DNA of 64,000 bases from Dehalococcoidia bacterium. Its GTDB lineage: Bacteria; Chloroflexota; Dehalococcoidia; Lucifugimonadales; UBA3495. This document shows positions 37,177-46,268 of the stretch, in pieces (position 1 is the first letter of the stretch; each line of letters opens with the position of its first letter). The position numbers and the translations under genes are program-made. The stretch lies in assembly GCA_965115955.1 (NCBI GenBank), contig OZ220473.1, forward strand, positions 2,662,410 through 2,726,409, read 5' to 3'. A model generated the notes under the pieces. It ran no database searches, was not told the DNA's origin, and worked only from the letters and a program-made list of their open reading frames with translations.

Positions 37177-38322
37177 TCACCCGCGGCCTGTAAAGGCAGG
37201 CATTACCTCGCGCGAAAATATTTCCAGTTGGCTGCTCAATTCGCGCCAGGGCATGCCCTCCGGCCATTGCAGGACTATATCTTCAAGCCCTGGGTACTTT
37301 TCCTCGAATTCGCGCAACGTTTCGATAAACACTTCCGGCGGGCCGCAGATCCAAGCCTTCTGCTGTACACCGTCCTCCACAGTGGGAGTGCGGGCCGGCG
37401 CGCCGGGCGATCCCCACATACGCCCCTCCTCATCCACGTAGCGGACCAGGCCAAAGGGAGCGAACCACTTGTAGCGCTCGTCGTGGAAGGGACGGACGCG
37501 TTCAACAGCCTCTTCTACGGTGTCTGCAATGTAAAACCCGAACCCCAGAGCCATATCCTGCCCCAGTTGCAGGTTTCGGCCTGCCTCGGCGGAAGCCTGC
37601 TGGTAGGCCTCGAAGAACTGTTCCACGATCTTCTCGCCCGAGAGGGCGGTCATTCCCTTGATGCCCTTTCTGGCGATGAAATCGATGGTGCGCCCGCTGG
37701 TAACCGGCTGCCAGATGTCCACAGGCAGGTGGAGGGGGCGCGGCACCAGGGTGATGTCCTTCAGGTTGTATCCGCGGTACGGCACGTCGGGGGGAATCTG
37801 GTAGTACTTCCCGTGATGGCTGAAAGATTCCTGGTTGAATGCTTTGAGGATGATTTCGACCTGTTCCTCGAACAGCTCACGATTGGCTTGCTGGTCCAGA
37901 AGAGGAGCGCCGAAGGTCTCGACTTCGCGGGTCTGGTAGCCGCGCCCGATCCCGAAGACCAGTCGCCCTCCGGTGAGCACGTCGCCCATGGCGAAGTCTT
38001 CGGCCAGCCTAAGCGGGTGCCACATGGGCACGATATTGAAGGCAGCGCCGAACTTCAGGTTTCTGGTGTGGGCTGCCAGGTGAACTCCCAGCAAGGTGAG
38101 GTTGGGGATGCACTCGTATCCTTCCCGCTGGAAATGGTGCTCGGCGGCCCAAAGGCAATAATAGCCTGAATCATCCATCTGCCTGGCGAGGGCAATGGCG
38201 TGGTCGAAGGACTGCACCAGTTTCTCGTTGGAATACCGGCGCCCGTCGGGGTCACGCCCGTTGGCTCCCACGTCTTCCAGGTCAATCTGACCGACGTATA
38301 GAACTGAGAAACGCTTGATCAT
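37177..38322 (-). CDS. LLM-class (luciferase-like) flavin-dependent oxidoreductase
   Basis: 381 aa from ATG 38322. 'YYCLWAAEHHF', TIM-barrel LLM pattern. Confidence 0.85.
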   Translation of the reverse strand: MIKRFSVLYVGQIDLEDVGANGRDPDGRRYSNEKLVQSFDHAIALARQMDDSGYYCLWAAEHHFQREGYECIPNLTLLGVHLAAHTRNLKFGAAFNIVPMWHPLRLAEDFAMGDVLTGGRLVFGIGRGYQTREVETFGAPLLDQQANRELFEEQVEIILKAFNQESFSHHGKYYQIPPDVPYRGYNLKDITLVPRPLHLPVDIWQPVTSGRTIDFIARKGIKGMTALSGEKIVEQFFEAYQQASAEAGRNLQLGQDMALGFGFYIADTVEEAVERVRPFHDERYKWFAPFGLVRYVDEEGRMWGSPGAPARTPTVEDGVQQKAWICGPPEVFIETLREFEEKYPGLEDIVLQWPEGMPWRELSSQLEIFSREVMPAFTGRG

Positions 38323-38441
38323 CTGCCTGACTCTGGTTGCTCTCGAAAATTGCCCCAGCGAATTACGATTCCGATACAATTTTGGGGCGCAGCCAGTATA
38401 GCACGCTCCGTCCTGCCGACGCCCCGTGAAGTTCCGCCGAA

Positions 38442-39650
38442 TTACGCAACGGCTCCACGTTGTTTCAGCCCCGCAATCGCATCCGGCGCATAGCCCAGGC
38501 TGGCCAGCACTTCGGCGGTGTGCTGGCCTGTTACACTGCCAACGCAGCGAATCGCGCCCGGTGTTTCGGACAGGTGAAACGGGATGCCCGGCTGCTTCAC
38601 AACCCCTTCGGTCACGCCGGGAGCATCCAACTCCACAACCATGTTCCGCGCCAGGACCTGGGGGTCGGCCAGAGCTTCGTCAAGGTCATAGACCTTTCCC
38701 ACCGATATGTTGGCTTCGCGAAGGGCCTCGAACCACTCGTCGCGGGTCCTGGTAAGGAAAGTGTCCTTCAGCGTATTGGCAATCTCCTCCCGCTTCTCGC
38801 CCACTGAAGCCTGGTGACCTGTCAGGTCGTCCCGCCCAATGGCCTTGCAGAGATTTTCCCAGAACCACGGTTCTATGGCGGCAATGGATAAATATCTGCC
38901 GTCGGCAGTGCGGTATACGTTGTAGAAGGGCGACCCGCCGTTGAGCCGGTTGCCTCCGCGTGTGGGCGTGTACCCCTGGGAAAAGGCGTCCGCGATTATG
39001 CCGCAGAGCATATACAGCACGCCTTCCGCCATGGCGATGTCGACATACTGCCCTCGCCCGGTCTTCTCGCGGGCCATGAGCGCGGCCAGTATGCCCACCG
39101 CGCCGCACAGTCCGCCCCCGGCGTAGTCGGCGATGAGATTCAGAGGTATGGCGGGCTGGCATTCGGGCGATTCCCCGATGAGTCCAAGAGCGCCGGCGAA
39201 GGAAATGTAGTTTATGTCGTGCCCCGCCATTTGCGAGTATGGACCGCTCTGACCATACCCGGAAACCGAGCAGTAAACGGCGCGGGGGTTGATTGCCCTG
39301 ACCTGCTCGTAGCCCACGCCCAGGCGATCCACTACGCCCGGACGGAAGCCTTCCACTATCACGTCGGCATCGGAGGCCAGTTTGCCGAAGACCTCCAGCG
39401 CTTCTGAATCCTTCAGATTTAGCGCAATGCTGCGCTTGTTGCGATGGAGAGTGCTGAAAGAAGCGCGGCGGCGTTCGTCATCCGGGGTTTCAATGCCTGC
39501 CACGATGCGCTCGTATGCTGCTCGCGTCTCGTCCATGGGCCGCTCCACCATCAGCACGTCGGCTCCCAGATCCGAGAGGATCATGGTGACGAACATCCCG
39601 GGGGCGTTGCGGCAGAAGTCCAGCACCTTGATCCCTTCCAGAGCCAGCAT
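38442..39650 (-). CDS. family III CoA-transferase (CaiB/BaiF)
   Basis: 402 aa. 'LEGIKVLDF...GMFVTMILSDLGADVLMVERP' is the canonical N-terminus. Confidence 0.9.
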   Translation of the reverse strand: MLALEGIKVLDFCRNAPGMFVTMILSDLGADVLMVERPMDETRAAYERIVAGIETPDDERRRASFSTLHRNKRSIALNLKDSEALEVFGKLASDADVIVEGFRPGVVDRLGVGYEQVRAINPRAVYCSVSGYGQSGPYSQMAGHDINYISFAGALGLIGESPECQPAIPLNLIADYAGGGLCGAVGILAALMAREKTGRGQYVDIAMAEGVLYMLCGIIADAFSQGYTPTRGGNRLNGGSPFYNVYRTADGRYLSIAAIEPWFWENLCKAIGRDDLTGHQASVGEKREEIANTLKDTFLTRTRDEWFEALREANISVGKVYDLDEALADPQVLARNMVVELDAPGVTEGVVKQPGIPFHLSETPGAIRCVGSVTGQHTAEVLASLGYAPDAIAGLKQRGAVA

Positions 39651-39823
39651 CAGCTATCCTCCTGCGGTCTATGAATCAGAGGTGATTATAGCCGGAATTG
39701 ATCCCTCCATTGATTCTTCCATCAGGCAGGGGCGCCAGCTCCCCGCAAGCAGCAAGCCCGTGCAGTACCGTAAGCGCCGCACTATAATCCCCGCTGAAGA
39801 TTTCACTTCATAAGGAGAGGGTC

Positions 39824-40600
39824 ATGGATCTTGGGCTGCAGGGTAGAGTAGCGATGATCACCGGGGGCAGCCACGGCCTGGGCAAGCAGGCTGCGGCGGC
39901 GCTTGGACGCGAGGGATGTAAAGTTGCCGTCTGTGCTCGGGGGGCCGAGCAACTGGAGGAGACACGCTCGGAGTTTGCGGAATCCGGGATTCAGGTTATA
40001 GCGGTACAGGCCGACGTGACCGCCCGCAACGACCTGGTCAGATTCCACAGCGAGACTGTTTCGGCGCTGGGCGAGGTGGACATCCTGGTGAACAACGTAG
40101 GGGGGCGTCGCGGCACCGCCGATTTCCAGGAGACCGGCATGGAACGCTTCCGGGAGGGCATGGAAGTCAACCTGTTCAGCGCGGTGGAGCTGGTGGCGCT
40201 GGTCCTGCCCCACATGAGGGAGCAGAAGTGGGGACGGATCATCAGCATATCCTCGATCTACGGCCGGGAATACGGCGGGTCGGTTGACTACATGACGGCA
40301 AAGGCGGGCCTGATCGCCTTCTCCAAGCACCTGGCGCTGAACCTGGCGCCTGAAAACGTGCTGGTTAACTGTGTGGCGCCCGGGTCGATTGACTTTCCCG
40401 GCAGCACCTGGGATCGCTTCCAGCAGAACAATCCGCCGGAGGTAGTAGACGAGTTTATCGCCCGTAACCTGCCGGCGGGCAGGTTCGGATGGCCGGAGCC
40501 CGTAGGAGAGACAGTGGCTTTCCTGGCGTCGGAGCGCGCCGACCTGATCACGGGTACATGCCTTAACGTTGACGGCGGCCAGTCCCGATCGCTTTTCTAA
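39824..40600 (+). CDS. short-chain dehydrogenase/reductase (SDR)
   Basis: 258 aa. Contains 'RVAMITGGSHGLG', 'NNVG' and 'YMTAK'. Confidence 0.9.
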   Translation: MDLGLQGRVAMITGGSHGLGKQAAAALGREGCKVAVCARGAEQLEETRSEFAESGIQVIAVQADVTARNDLVRFHSETVSALGEVDILVNNVGGRRGTADFQETGMERFREGMEVNLFSAVELVALVLPHMREQKWGRIISISSIYGREYGGSVDYMTAKAGLIAFSKHLALNLAPENVLVNCVAPGSIDFPGSTWDRFQQNNPPEVVDEFIARNLPAGRFGWPEPVGETVAFLASERADLITGTCLNVDGGQSRSLF

Positions 40601-40747
40601 ACGTTCGTCTACGGAACTGGCTGAGGGCTGGCGCAGGAGGCCGGGCGGCTGGATTGCAGAAGAGCTGGCGCCGGCCTCCTGCCGCTACCTGGGCGTAGGG
40701 CATACCGGCCTTCCAAAGGCGCGGGCTGGGGTCTTTCGAACGACTGG

Positions 40748-41098
40748 CTAATCGACGATGGGTATGGCGACCGAGACGCGGGGGCTGTTGCCGTGAACGG
40801 CTGTGGTGTGGCCTCGTCCGGTCAGATCGTCTGCCAGCAGTACGTCGCCGGGGTTGAAGATGCGCTTTGTGCCGTCGCCAATGCCGATTTCCGCCTGACC
40901 TTCCAGGGTGATGACATACTGGCGCCGGGGCGCGGGATGCCAGTCGATAAAATTTCCGGGTTGGGTGCGGCTGAAGGTGATGCTGGAGGCGTTCCGGGCT
41001 GCGGTGCGCTCAGCATCGGCAACCGCCTCGAAAGGCAGATTCAGTTCCTCAAAATGCGACTCCCCGTCGTCGCCCGTATAGATCCGGACTACCTGCAT
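40748..41098 (-). CDS. cupin-domain protein
   Basis: 116 aa from ATG 41098 (AGGAGGGAG upstream). 'DWHPAPRRQYVITLEG...GDVLLADD..GRGHTT' has a cupin-like beta-barrel pattern. Confidence 0.65.
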   Translation of the reverse strand: MQVVRIYTGDDGESHFEELNLPFEAVADAERTAARNASSITFSRTQPGNFIDWHPAPRRQYVITLEGQAEIGIGDGTKRIFNPGDVLLADDLTGRGHTTAVHGNSPRVSVAIPIVD

Positions 41099-41183
41099 AA
41101 CTCTCCCTCCTGTTCGACTGATCCAGATGCGCTGCCCATTGTGAGCTGGTTGGCAGGAATCATAATTCCGGGCCCAGGCCTCG

Positions 41184-41909
41184 TCAATTCTCTTTGCTTT
41201 GGCTAGCTGATGCCGATGTTTCGCAGATGTCGGCGAGACAGCAGGCTGCGCATTTGGGTTCACGCTTGGCGCAGGTTACCTTGGCGTGGCGGTCCAGCAG
41301 GGCGTGAAACTCGTTGAACAGGGGGGTGTCGGCCGGCAGATTTTCGTGAAACAGGGCCTGATAGCTTCCGTACCCTGGGTTTCTTCCGGCTCCGGGATTT
41401 CTTCCTGTTGGCGTCAGGCCCATTCGATCGACTATCCGCCGGGTGTAGCTGTCGATAACGAAGGACGGTTTCTCTGCTACATATACGATTATGTCGTCGG
41501 CCGTCTCCTCACCGATGCCGTGTATGGAGAGCAGCTCGGCCCGCAGAAGCTCGACGCTCTGGTCCAGCATGGCGTCCAGGTCCCCGCCGCGCTTTTCCAG
41601 CAAGTGGTCCGTGAATGCCCGCAGCTTTCTGGCCTTGGCGTTGTAGTAGCCGGAAGAGCGGATGATGGACGCCAATTCCGTCTCCGGCAGTCTTGCGACT
41701 GAATCGAACGACCAGCAGCCCGCAGCCCGCATCGATGCCAGGGCCTTTTCTACGTTAACCCAGCTCGCAGACTGGGTCAGGATAGCCCCGACGATAACCT
41801 CAAACCTGCTGTCGCCGGGCCACCAGCCCTGCGGCCCGTAGGACTCGTAGAGACGGCGGTACACATCTGGCAAAATGCAAGACAGCCTGGCGGGAGAATG
41901 TTGCGTCAA
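41184..41909 (-). CDS. endonuclease III-like HhH-GPD base-excision protein with Fe-S Cys cluster
   Basis: 241 aa. HhH 'LLSIHGIGEETADDII' and C-terminal 'CAKREPKCAACCLADIC' (C-x6-C-x2-C-x5-C). Confidence 0.75.
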   Translation of the reverse strand: MTQHSPARLSCILPDVYRRLYESYGPQGWWPGDSRFEVIVGAILTQSASWVNVEKALASMRAAGCWSFDSVARLPETELASIIRSSGYYNAKARKLRAFTDHLLEKRGGDLDAMLDQSVELLRAELLSIHGIGEETADDIIVYVAEKPSFVIDSYTRRIVDRMGLTPTGRNPGAGRNPGYGSYQALFHENLPADTPLFNEFHALLDRHAKVTCAKREPKCAACCLADICETSASASQSKEN

Positions 41910-42637
41910 GCCGTTGACTCCTCTCTGCTATGGACGGCATCGAACGGGACTATAGGGAGCTGACGGTCTATCCGAATCTGCTCCAGGGACACCAGGCAGT
42001 TGTAAGCGTAAGCCTCAACACCGTGGGCGACGGCTCGCAGAAAAGCCTCAGCGAGCGCCGGATCTGCGGGATCATTGGTAGAAAAGGCCCTGGCGTCTGG
42101 GCGCTGGACCACGAACACTACCGTGGCGCGGTGCCCCGCGATGACCGCCTTCGACAGCGAATTCAGGTGCTTTGCGCCGCGCAGAGTGGGAGAATCAGGG
42201 AACAGGCCCACTCCCTGTTCCACCAGCGTTACCGATTTCACTTCCACATATCGACGGTTATCTCCTTCCGTAAACGCCAGGTCAAAACGACTCTCCCCGA
42301 AGGTAGGCTCGCGCGTAATAGACGCCGGCTTTGCTATGCCGTCGAGCAGTCCGCCGGCAGCGGCCTCGGCAACAAGGGCGTTGGGAAGACGAGCGTCTGT
42401 AGAAACCATTGCTCCATCTGCCTCTATCAGGGCAAGGTCAAACTCAGTCTTGCGCCCCTCGCGCCGTACCGGCTTGAGCCAGACCCTTGCCCCGGGCAGG
42501 AAGAGCTCGCGCAGCCGCCCGGAGTTGGCTACATGGATGGGCGTTTCCCGACCGGTCACATCAACCACCGCCAGGAAGCGATTGACCCGTCGTCGGAACC
42601 TGGCCTCTACGAGGTTGTCTTCCAGATGCACCGGCAA
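41906..42637 (-). CDS. sfsA: sugar fermentation stimulation protein SfsA
   Basis: 243 aa. 'RRVNRFLAVVDV...IHVANSGRLRELF' and 'YVEVKSVTL'. 4-nt overlap with the downstream gene. Confidence 0.85.
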   Translation of the reverse strand: MPVHLEDNLVEARFRRRVNRFLAVVDVTGRETPIHVANSGRLRELFLPGARVWLKPVRREGRKTEFDLALIEADGAMVSTDARLPNALVAEAAAGGLLDGIAKPASITREPTFGESRFDLAFTEGDNRRYVEVKSVTLVEQGVGLFPDSPTLRGAKHLNSLSKAVIAGHRATVVFVVQRPDARAFSTNDPADPALAEAFLRAVAHGVEAYAYNCLVSLEQIRIDRQLPIVPFDAVHSREESTA

Positions 42638-42716
42638 TCCGCTCCGACGCTATTGCGCTCGCCGCGCACAATGGTAACAATGAACGAATCGAAGGGCAAA
42701 CGGGAACGGCGAATCA

Positions 42717-43559
42717 ATGAGCATTTTCGTGGAAAGAATCCGGCAGGCTTGTCAGAAGACCACGAGCCTGGTTTGCGTTGGCCTCGACCCCGACCTTAAG
42801 CTGATGCCGGTCGACAGCGTTTACGACTTTAACCGGGCTATTGTTGAAGCAACCTGCGAGGCAGCGTGTGCTTACAAGCCGAACCTGGCATTCTACGAGG
42901 CCCTTGGGATGGCGGGACTGACAGCCCTGGAGCGCACGGTGTCCTACATTCGGGACGTCGCAAAGGACGCCCTGATCATAGGCGATGCCAAGCGAGGGGA
43001 CATTGGCCCATCGGCCAGAGCCTATGCCAGCGCAATGTTCGATAGCTGGGGCTTCGATGCCGTCACAGTCAACGCATGGGGAGGAAGCGACTCGATCGAG
43101 CCATTCCTGGAGTACGCCTCGCAAGGCGTGTTCGTATGGTGTCGGGGCTCCAATCCCGGATCGAGAAACTTCCAGGATCTGCCAGTCCTCGCCGATGGAT
43201 CGGCAATGCCCGTTTACGAGCGAATGGCGCGGGCCTGTTCCGATTGGAATTCGCGGGGTAATGTCGGGCTGGTCGTCGGCGCCACCGCGCCAGAGCAGTT
43301 GGCCAAAGTACGCGCGATATGCCCCGGAATGCCTTTGCTGATGCCAGGCGTCGGAGCGCAGGGGGGAGATTTGGAAAGGGCGGTGTTGGCCGGAGTCGAC
43401 GCCGGAGGACGACTGGCGCTTGTCAATTCATCCCGGGGCATCATTTACGCTTCCTCAGGCGCAGATTTCGCCGCGGCGGCAGGCAATGCCGCCTTCAACC
43501 TGCGGGGAGCAATTAACGATGTTCTTGAGGAGGCCGGACTGGGTTGGCGCTTCAACTGA
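42717..43559 (+). CDS. pyrF: orotidine 5'-phosphate decarboxylase (type 2)
   Basis: 280 aa. Contains 'LVCVGLDPD', 'IGDAKRGDIG' and 'LMPGVGAQGG'. Confidence 0.9.
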   Translation: MSIFVERIRQACQKTTSLVCVGLDPDLKLMPVDSVYDFNRAIVEATCEAACAYKPNLAFYEALGMAGLTALERTVSYIRDVAKDALIIGDAKRGDIGPSARAYASAMFDSWGFDAVTVNAWGGSDSIEPFLEYASQGVFVWCRGSNPGSRNFQDLPVLADGSAMPVYERMARACSDWNSRGNVGLVVGATAPEQLAKVRAICPGMPLLMPGVGAQGGDLERAVLAGVDAGGRLALVNSSRGIIYASSGADFAAAAGNAAFNLRGAINDVLEEAGLGWRFN

Positions 43560-43756
43560 AGATTGGGGATGCAGTGCGCCTGAAGAAAGCCCACCCATGC
43601 GGCGGGTTCCTGTGGACCATCACGCGGGTGGGCGCGGATATCGGCCTGGTCTGCCAGAAGTGCGGGCGGTATGTGCTGATACCGCGTTCGCAACTGACCG
43701 GGCGCATCCGGCGGATTGTCCCTGAGGAGCAGGGCCAGGCGGAGGAGCAGGCCTAG
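43544..43756 (+). CDS. DUF951-family small protein
   Basis: 70 aa. 'IGDAVRLKKAHPCGGFLWTITRVGADIGLVCQKCGRYVLIPR' fits the DUF951 pattern. TTG start overlaps the end of pyrF. Confidence 0.75.
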   Translation: MALQLKIGDAVRLKKAHPCGGFLWTITRVGADIGLVCQKCGRYVLIPRSQLTGRIRRIVPEEQGQAEEQA

Positions 43757-44721
43757 GCGTCGTCAATGATGGGCAGGGTGGAACGGCTGCCCGGCCTATC
43801 GGAAGCCATAAGCTCCGGCTGTTCCCACGCCTCCGCGTGGAATCCGCTCATGTGCTTGGTCATCAGTTGGGTGAAATTGCGCACTCCCTGACCGGCGAAC
43901 TTCCCCTTGAGGGTGCAGATCCCTACGACGGAGCTGGGGAACAGGTGATCAAGGGGCACCACTCCCACGTGTTCATGGTCTTCCGGCCGCATGGCGAAAT
44001 CTACGGCCACTGCCAGCCCCATGCCGATTTCGACGTAACGTTTGATGGACTCCATGTTGTCCAGAGAAAGCACCACGTCGCCGGACAGTCCCTGGGCTTT
44101 CATGGCCTGATCCACCTTCTGCCTTAGAATGCTCTCCGGCCCCGGCAGTATCAGCGGCGAGGATGCCACGTCTTCCAGCGACAAATTCTTGCGACCAGTG
44201 AGGGGATGTCCCAGTGGGGTCATCAGGACCGCCTTGTATTCGAAGAGTTCCAGGAATTCCAGAGACGGGTCATCGGCTGGCGGAGGCGAACAGAAAGCCA
44301 TGTCTATCTCGCCCGACCGCACCAGTTGGATCAACGGGTCGTAGGAACGGGCCACCAGGCTTATTCGTATGTCGGGATACTCTTCACGAAAGGCCTGGAT
44401 ACCCTTGGGAAGGTGGTGAGCGATCAAGTCCGGATAAGCCCCGACAGTGAAGGCTCCGCGCCTGTCGGCGTAGTCCATTTGACGCTTCAATATTTCAATG
44501 GAGGTCACCACAGGAGTAACCAATTCCAGCAGGGTGATGCCTTCGGATGTCAGTTGGATAGGCCGCTTGATTCGGTCGAACAGGGTGATACCGAACTCAC
44601 TTTCCAGTTTGCGCAGATGCGTTGTTACCGTTGGCTGCCCAAGTTCCAGCGTCCTGGCCGCCTTGGAGACGCTTCGCAAGCGCGCGACGTGATAGAAGCT
44701 GATAAGTTCTCGCAATTCCAT
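43753..44721 (-). CDS. LysR-family transcriptional regulator
   Basis: 322 aa. N-terminal wHTH 'LRELISFYHVARLRSVSKAARTLELGQPTVTTHLRKLE'. Confidence 0.9.
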   Translation of the reverse strand: MELRELISFYHVARLRSVSKAARTLELGQPTVTTHLRKLESEFGITLFDRIKRPIQLTSEGITLLELVTPVVTSIEILKRQMDYADRRGAFTVGAYPDLIAHHLPKGIQAFREEYPDIRISLVARSYDPLIQLVRSGEIDMAFCSPPPADDPSLEFLELFEYKAVLMTPLGHPLTGRKNLSLEDVASSPLILPGPESILRQKVDQAMKAQGLSGDVVLSLDNMESIKRYVEIGMGLAVAVDFAMRPEDHEHVGVVPLDHLFPSSVVGICTLKGKFAGQGVRNFTQLMTKHMSGFHAEAWEQPELMASDRPGSRSTLPIIDDA

Positions 44722-44745
44722 GTATTTGCCCCCAGCAACGCCCGC

Positions 44746-44758
44746 TTATCTTTCGATA
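44746..44758. promoter_or_regulatory. candidate LysR box (T-N11-A: TTATCTTTCGATA)
   Basis: TATC-N4-GATA dyad 25 nt upstream of the LysR start, in the divergent spacer. A TTGACA hexamer is at 44780-44785. Confidence 0.3.
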
Positions 44759-44907
44759 GGATATATCATACAGTATCCCTTGACAAAATAAGAGGGCCAA
44801 ATCAAGAATGGTTAGAGCTCCCGGCAGGCGGGCGTTATTGACCGTTGCGGGAAGATGACGATACCCATCTCTTTAGCCAGGGCGGGCAGCGCCTTCAGGT
44901 TGACAGT

Positions 44908-45150
44908 ATGCCTTTCGTTATAACCGAACCCTGCATTGGCGTGAAAGATGCGACCTGTACCGAAGTTTGCCCTGTTGATTGCATCAACACGGCCGATGGT
45001 GAAGACCAATACTTCATCGATCCCGTAACCTGCATCGACTGCGCTTACTGTGAGTCGGTCTGCCCTGTGAACGCAATTTTCGATGAGTTCAGGGTTCCTT
45101 CCGGCCAGCGGCAATTCATCGCCAAGAACCGGGATTTCTACAAGAAGTAG
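44908..45150 (+). CDS. 4Fe-4S ferredoxin
   Basis: 80 aa from ATG 44908. 'CIGVKDATCTEVCPVDC' and 'CIDCAYCESVCPVNAI'. Confidence 0.85.
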   Translation: MPFVITEPCIGVKDATCTEVCPVDCINTADGEDQYFIDPVTCIDCAYCESVCPVNAIFDEFRVPSGQRQFIAKNRDFYKK

Positions 45151-45182
45151 CAGCCCCGGAGCAGTTTCGGAGGTTGCCATAC

Positions 45183-46136
45183 ATGGCTCTGTTCCTGCGT
45201 GATGACGACGTTGCCCAATGTGTGACCATGAGCGCCATGCTTGCCAGCATAGAGAACATGCAAAGGCAGTATGGCATGGGCGAAGCCTGCAACCTGGGCC
45301 GGCGCAAGATTATCGCTGAAGGCGGTATGCTGTCGGTAATGGGCGGGGGCCTCTTTTACGAAGGCGTGCTGGGCGTCAAGACCTACACCGTGGTGCGGGG
45401 GTCATACTCTTTCCATGTCAGCCTCTACGATGCCGACAGCGGCAGGCTGCTCTGCTACACCCAGGCCAACCGGCTGGGTCAACTGAGAACCGGGGCAACT
45501 ACGGGCGTTGCCGTTAAACATCTCTCCAACGGCGGAGCGGTCGAGGTCGGCATCATCGGCTCCGGGGGGCAGGCGCCCACCCAGCTTCAGGCCGTCGCCG
45601 CTGTCCGCGACATATCCGCAGTCAAAGCCTTCAGCCGCAACGAGGAACGACGGGCCAGGTTCGCGGCCCGTATGACCGAGGCCTTGGGAACTCCTGTCAA
45701 GGCAACCGAATCCAACGAAGAGGCCGTAAGAGGCTGTGATGTCGTAATCGGAATTGCAGCCACCATGACGCCTGTCATCGAGGGGGAATGGCTGAAGCCT
45801 GGCGTTACCGTCATAGGGGCAGGGCCAACGACCTGGCGGGCCGGAGAAGTGGATGAGCTGACGCTAACCCGGGCAGACAAGCTCTTTGTGGACTCGCTAG
45901 ATCAAGCCCCGATAGAGGCAGGCGACATTGCGGCCGCCGTGGACAAGGGCTTGCTGAACTGGAGTCAGTTGTCTGAACTGAGGCACGCCGTCTGCGGGGC
46001 CATTTCCGGCCGCGATAACGACTCGCAGATTGTGTACGCCAAGCTGATGGGCACGGGAGTAGCCGACGTAGCCGCTGCCAAGCTGGCCTACGACAGCGCC
46101 CGCGAGCAGGGACTGGGAATGGAGATCGACTGGTAG
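45183..46136 (+). CDS. ornithine cyclodeaminase/mu-crystallin family protein
   Basis: About 317 aa. Rossmann motif 'VGIIGSGGQAPTQLQAV'. GGAGG lies 9 nt before ATG 45183. Confidence 0.85.
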   Translation: MALFLRDDDVAQCVTMSAMLASIENMQRQYGMGEACNLGRRKIIAEGGMLSVMGGGLFYEGVLGVKTYTVVRGSYSFHVSLYDADSGRLLCYTQANRLGQLRTGATTGVAVKHLSNGGAVEVGIIGSGGQAPTQLQAVAAVRDISAVKAFSRNEERRARFAARMTEALGTPVKATESNEEAVRGCDVVIGIAATMTPVIEGEWLKPGVTVIGAGPTTWRAGEVDELTLTRADKLFVDSLDQAPIEAGDIAAAVDKGLLNWSQLSELRHAVCGAISGRDNDSQIVYAKLMGTGVADVAAAKLAYDSAREQGLGMEIDW

Positions 46137-46268
46137 CAGACCTTCGTCATTGCCAGAAGCATTCGCGGGTCTGTTGCTGCGGCAAGACCTTACGGATCTG
46201 CTATGCGGGCCTGCCGCCTTGTTCGGGAGTAGCTCACGATGCAGGCCCGACGACCGGTTGCCGCCGGC

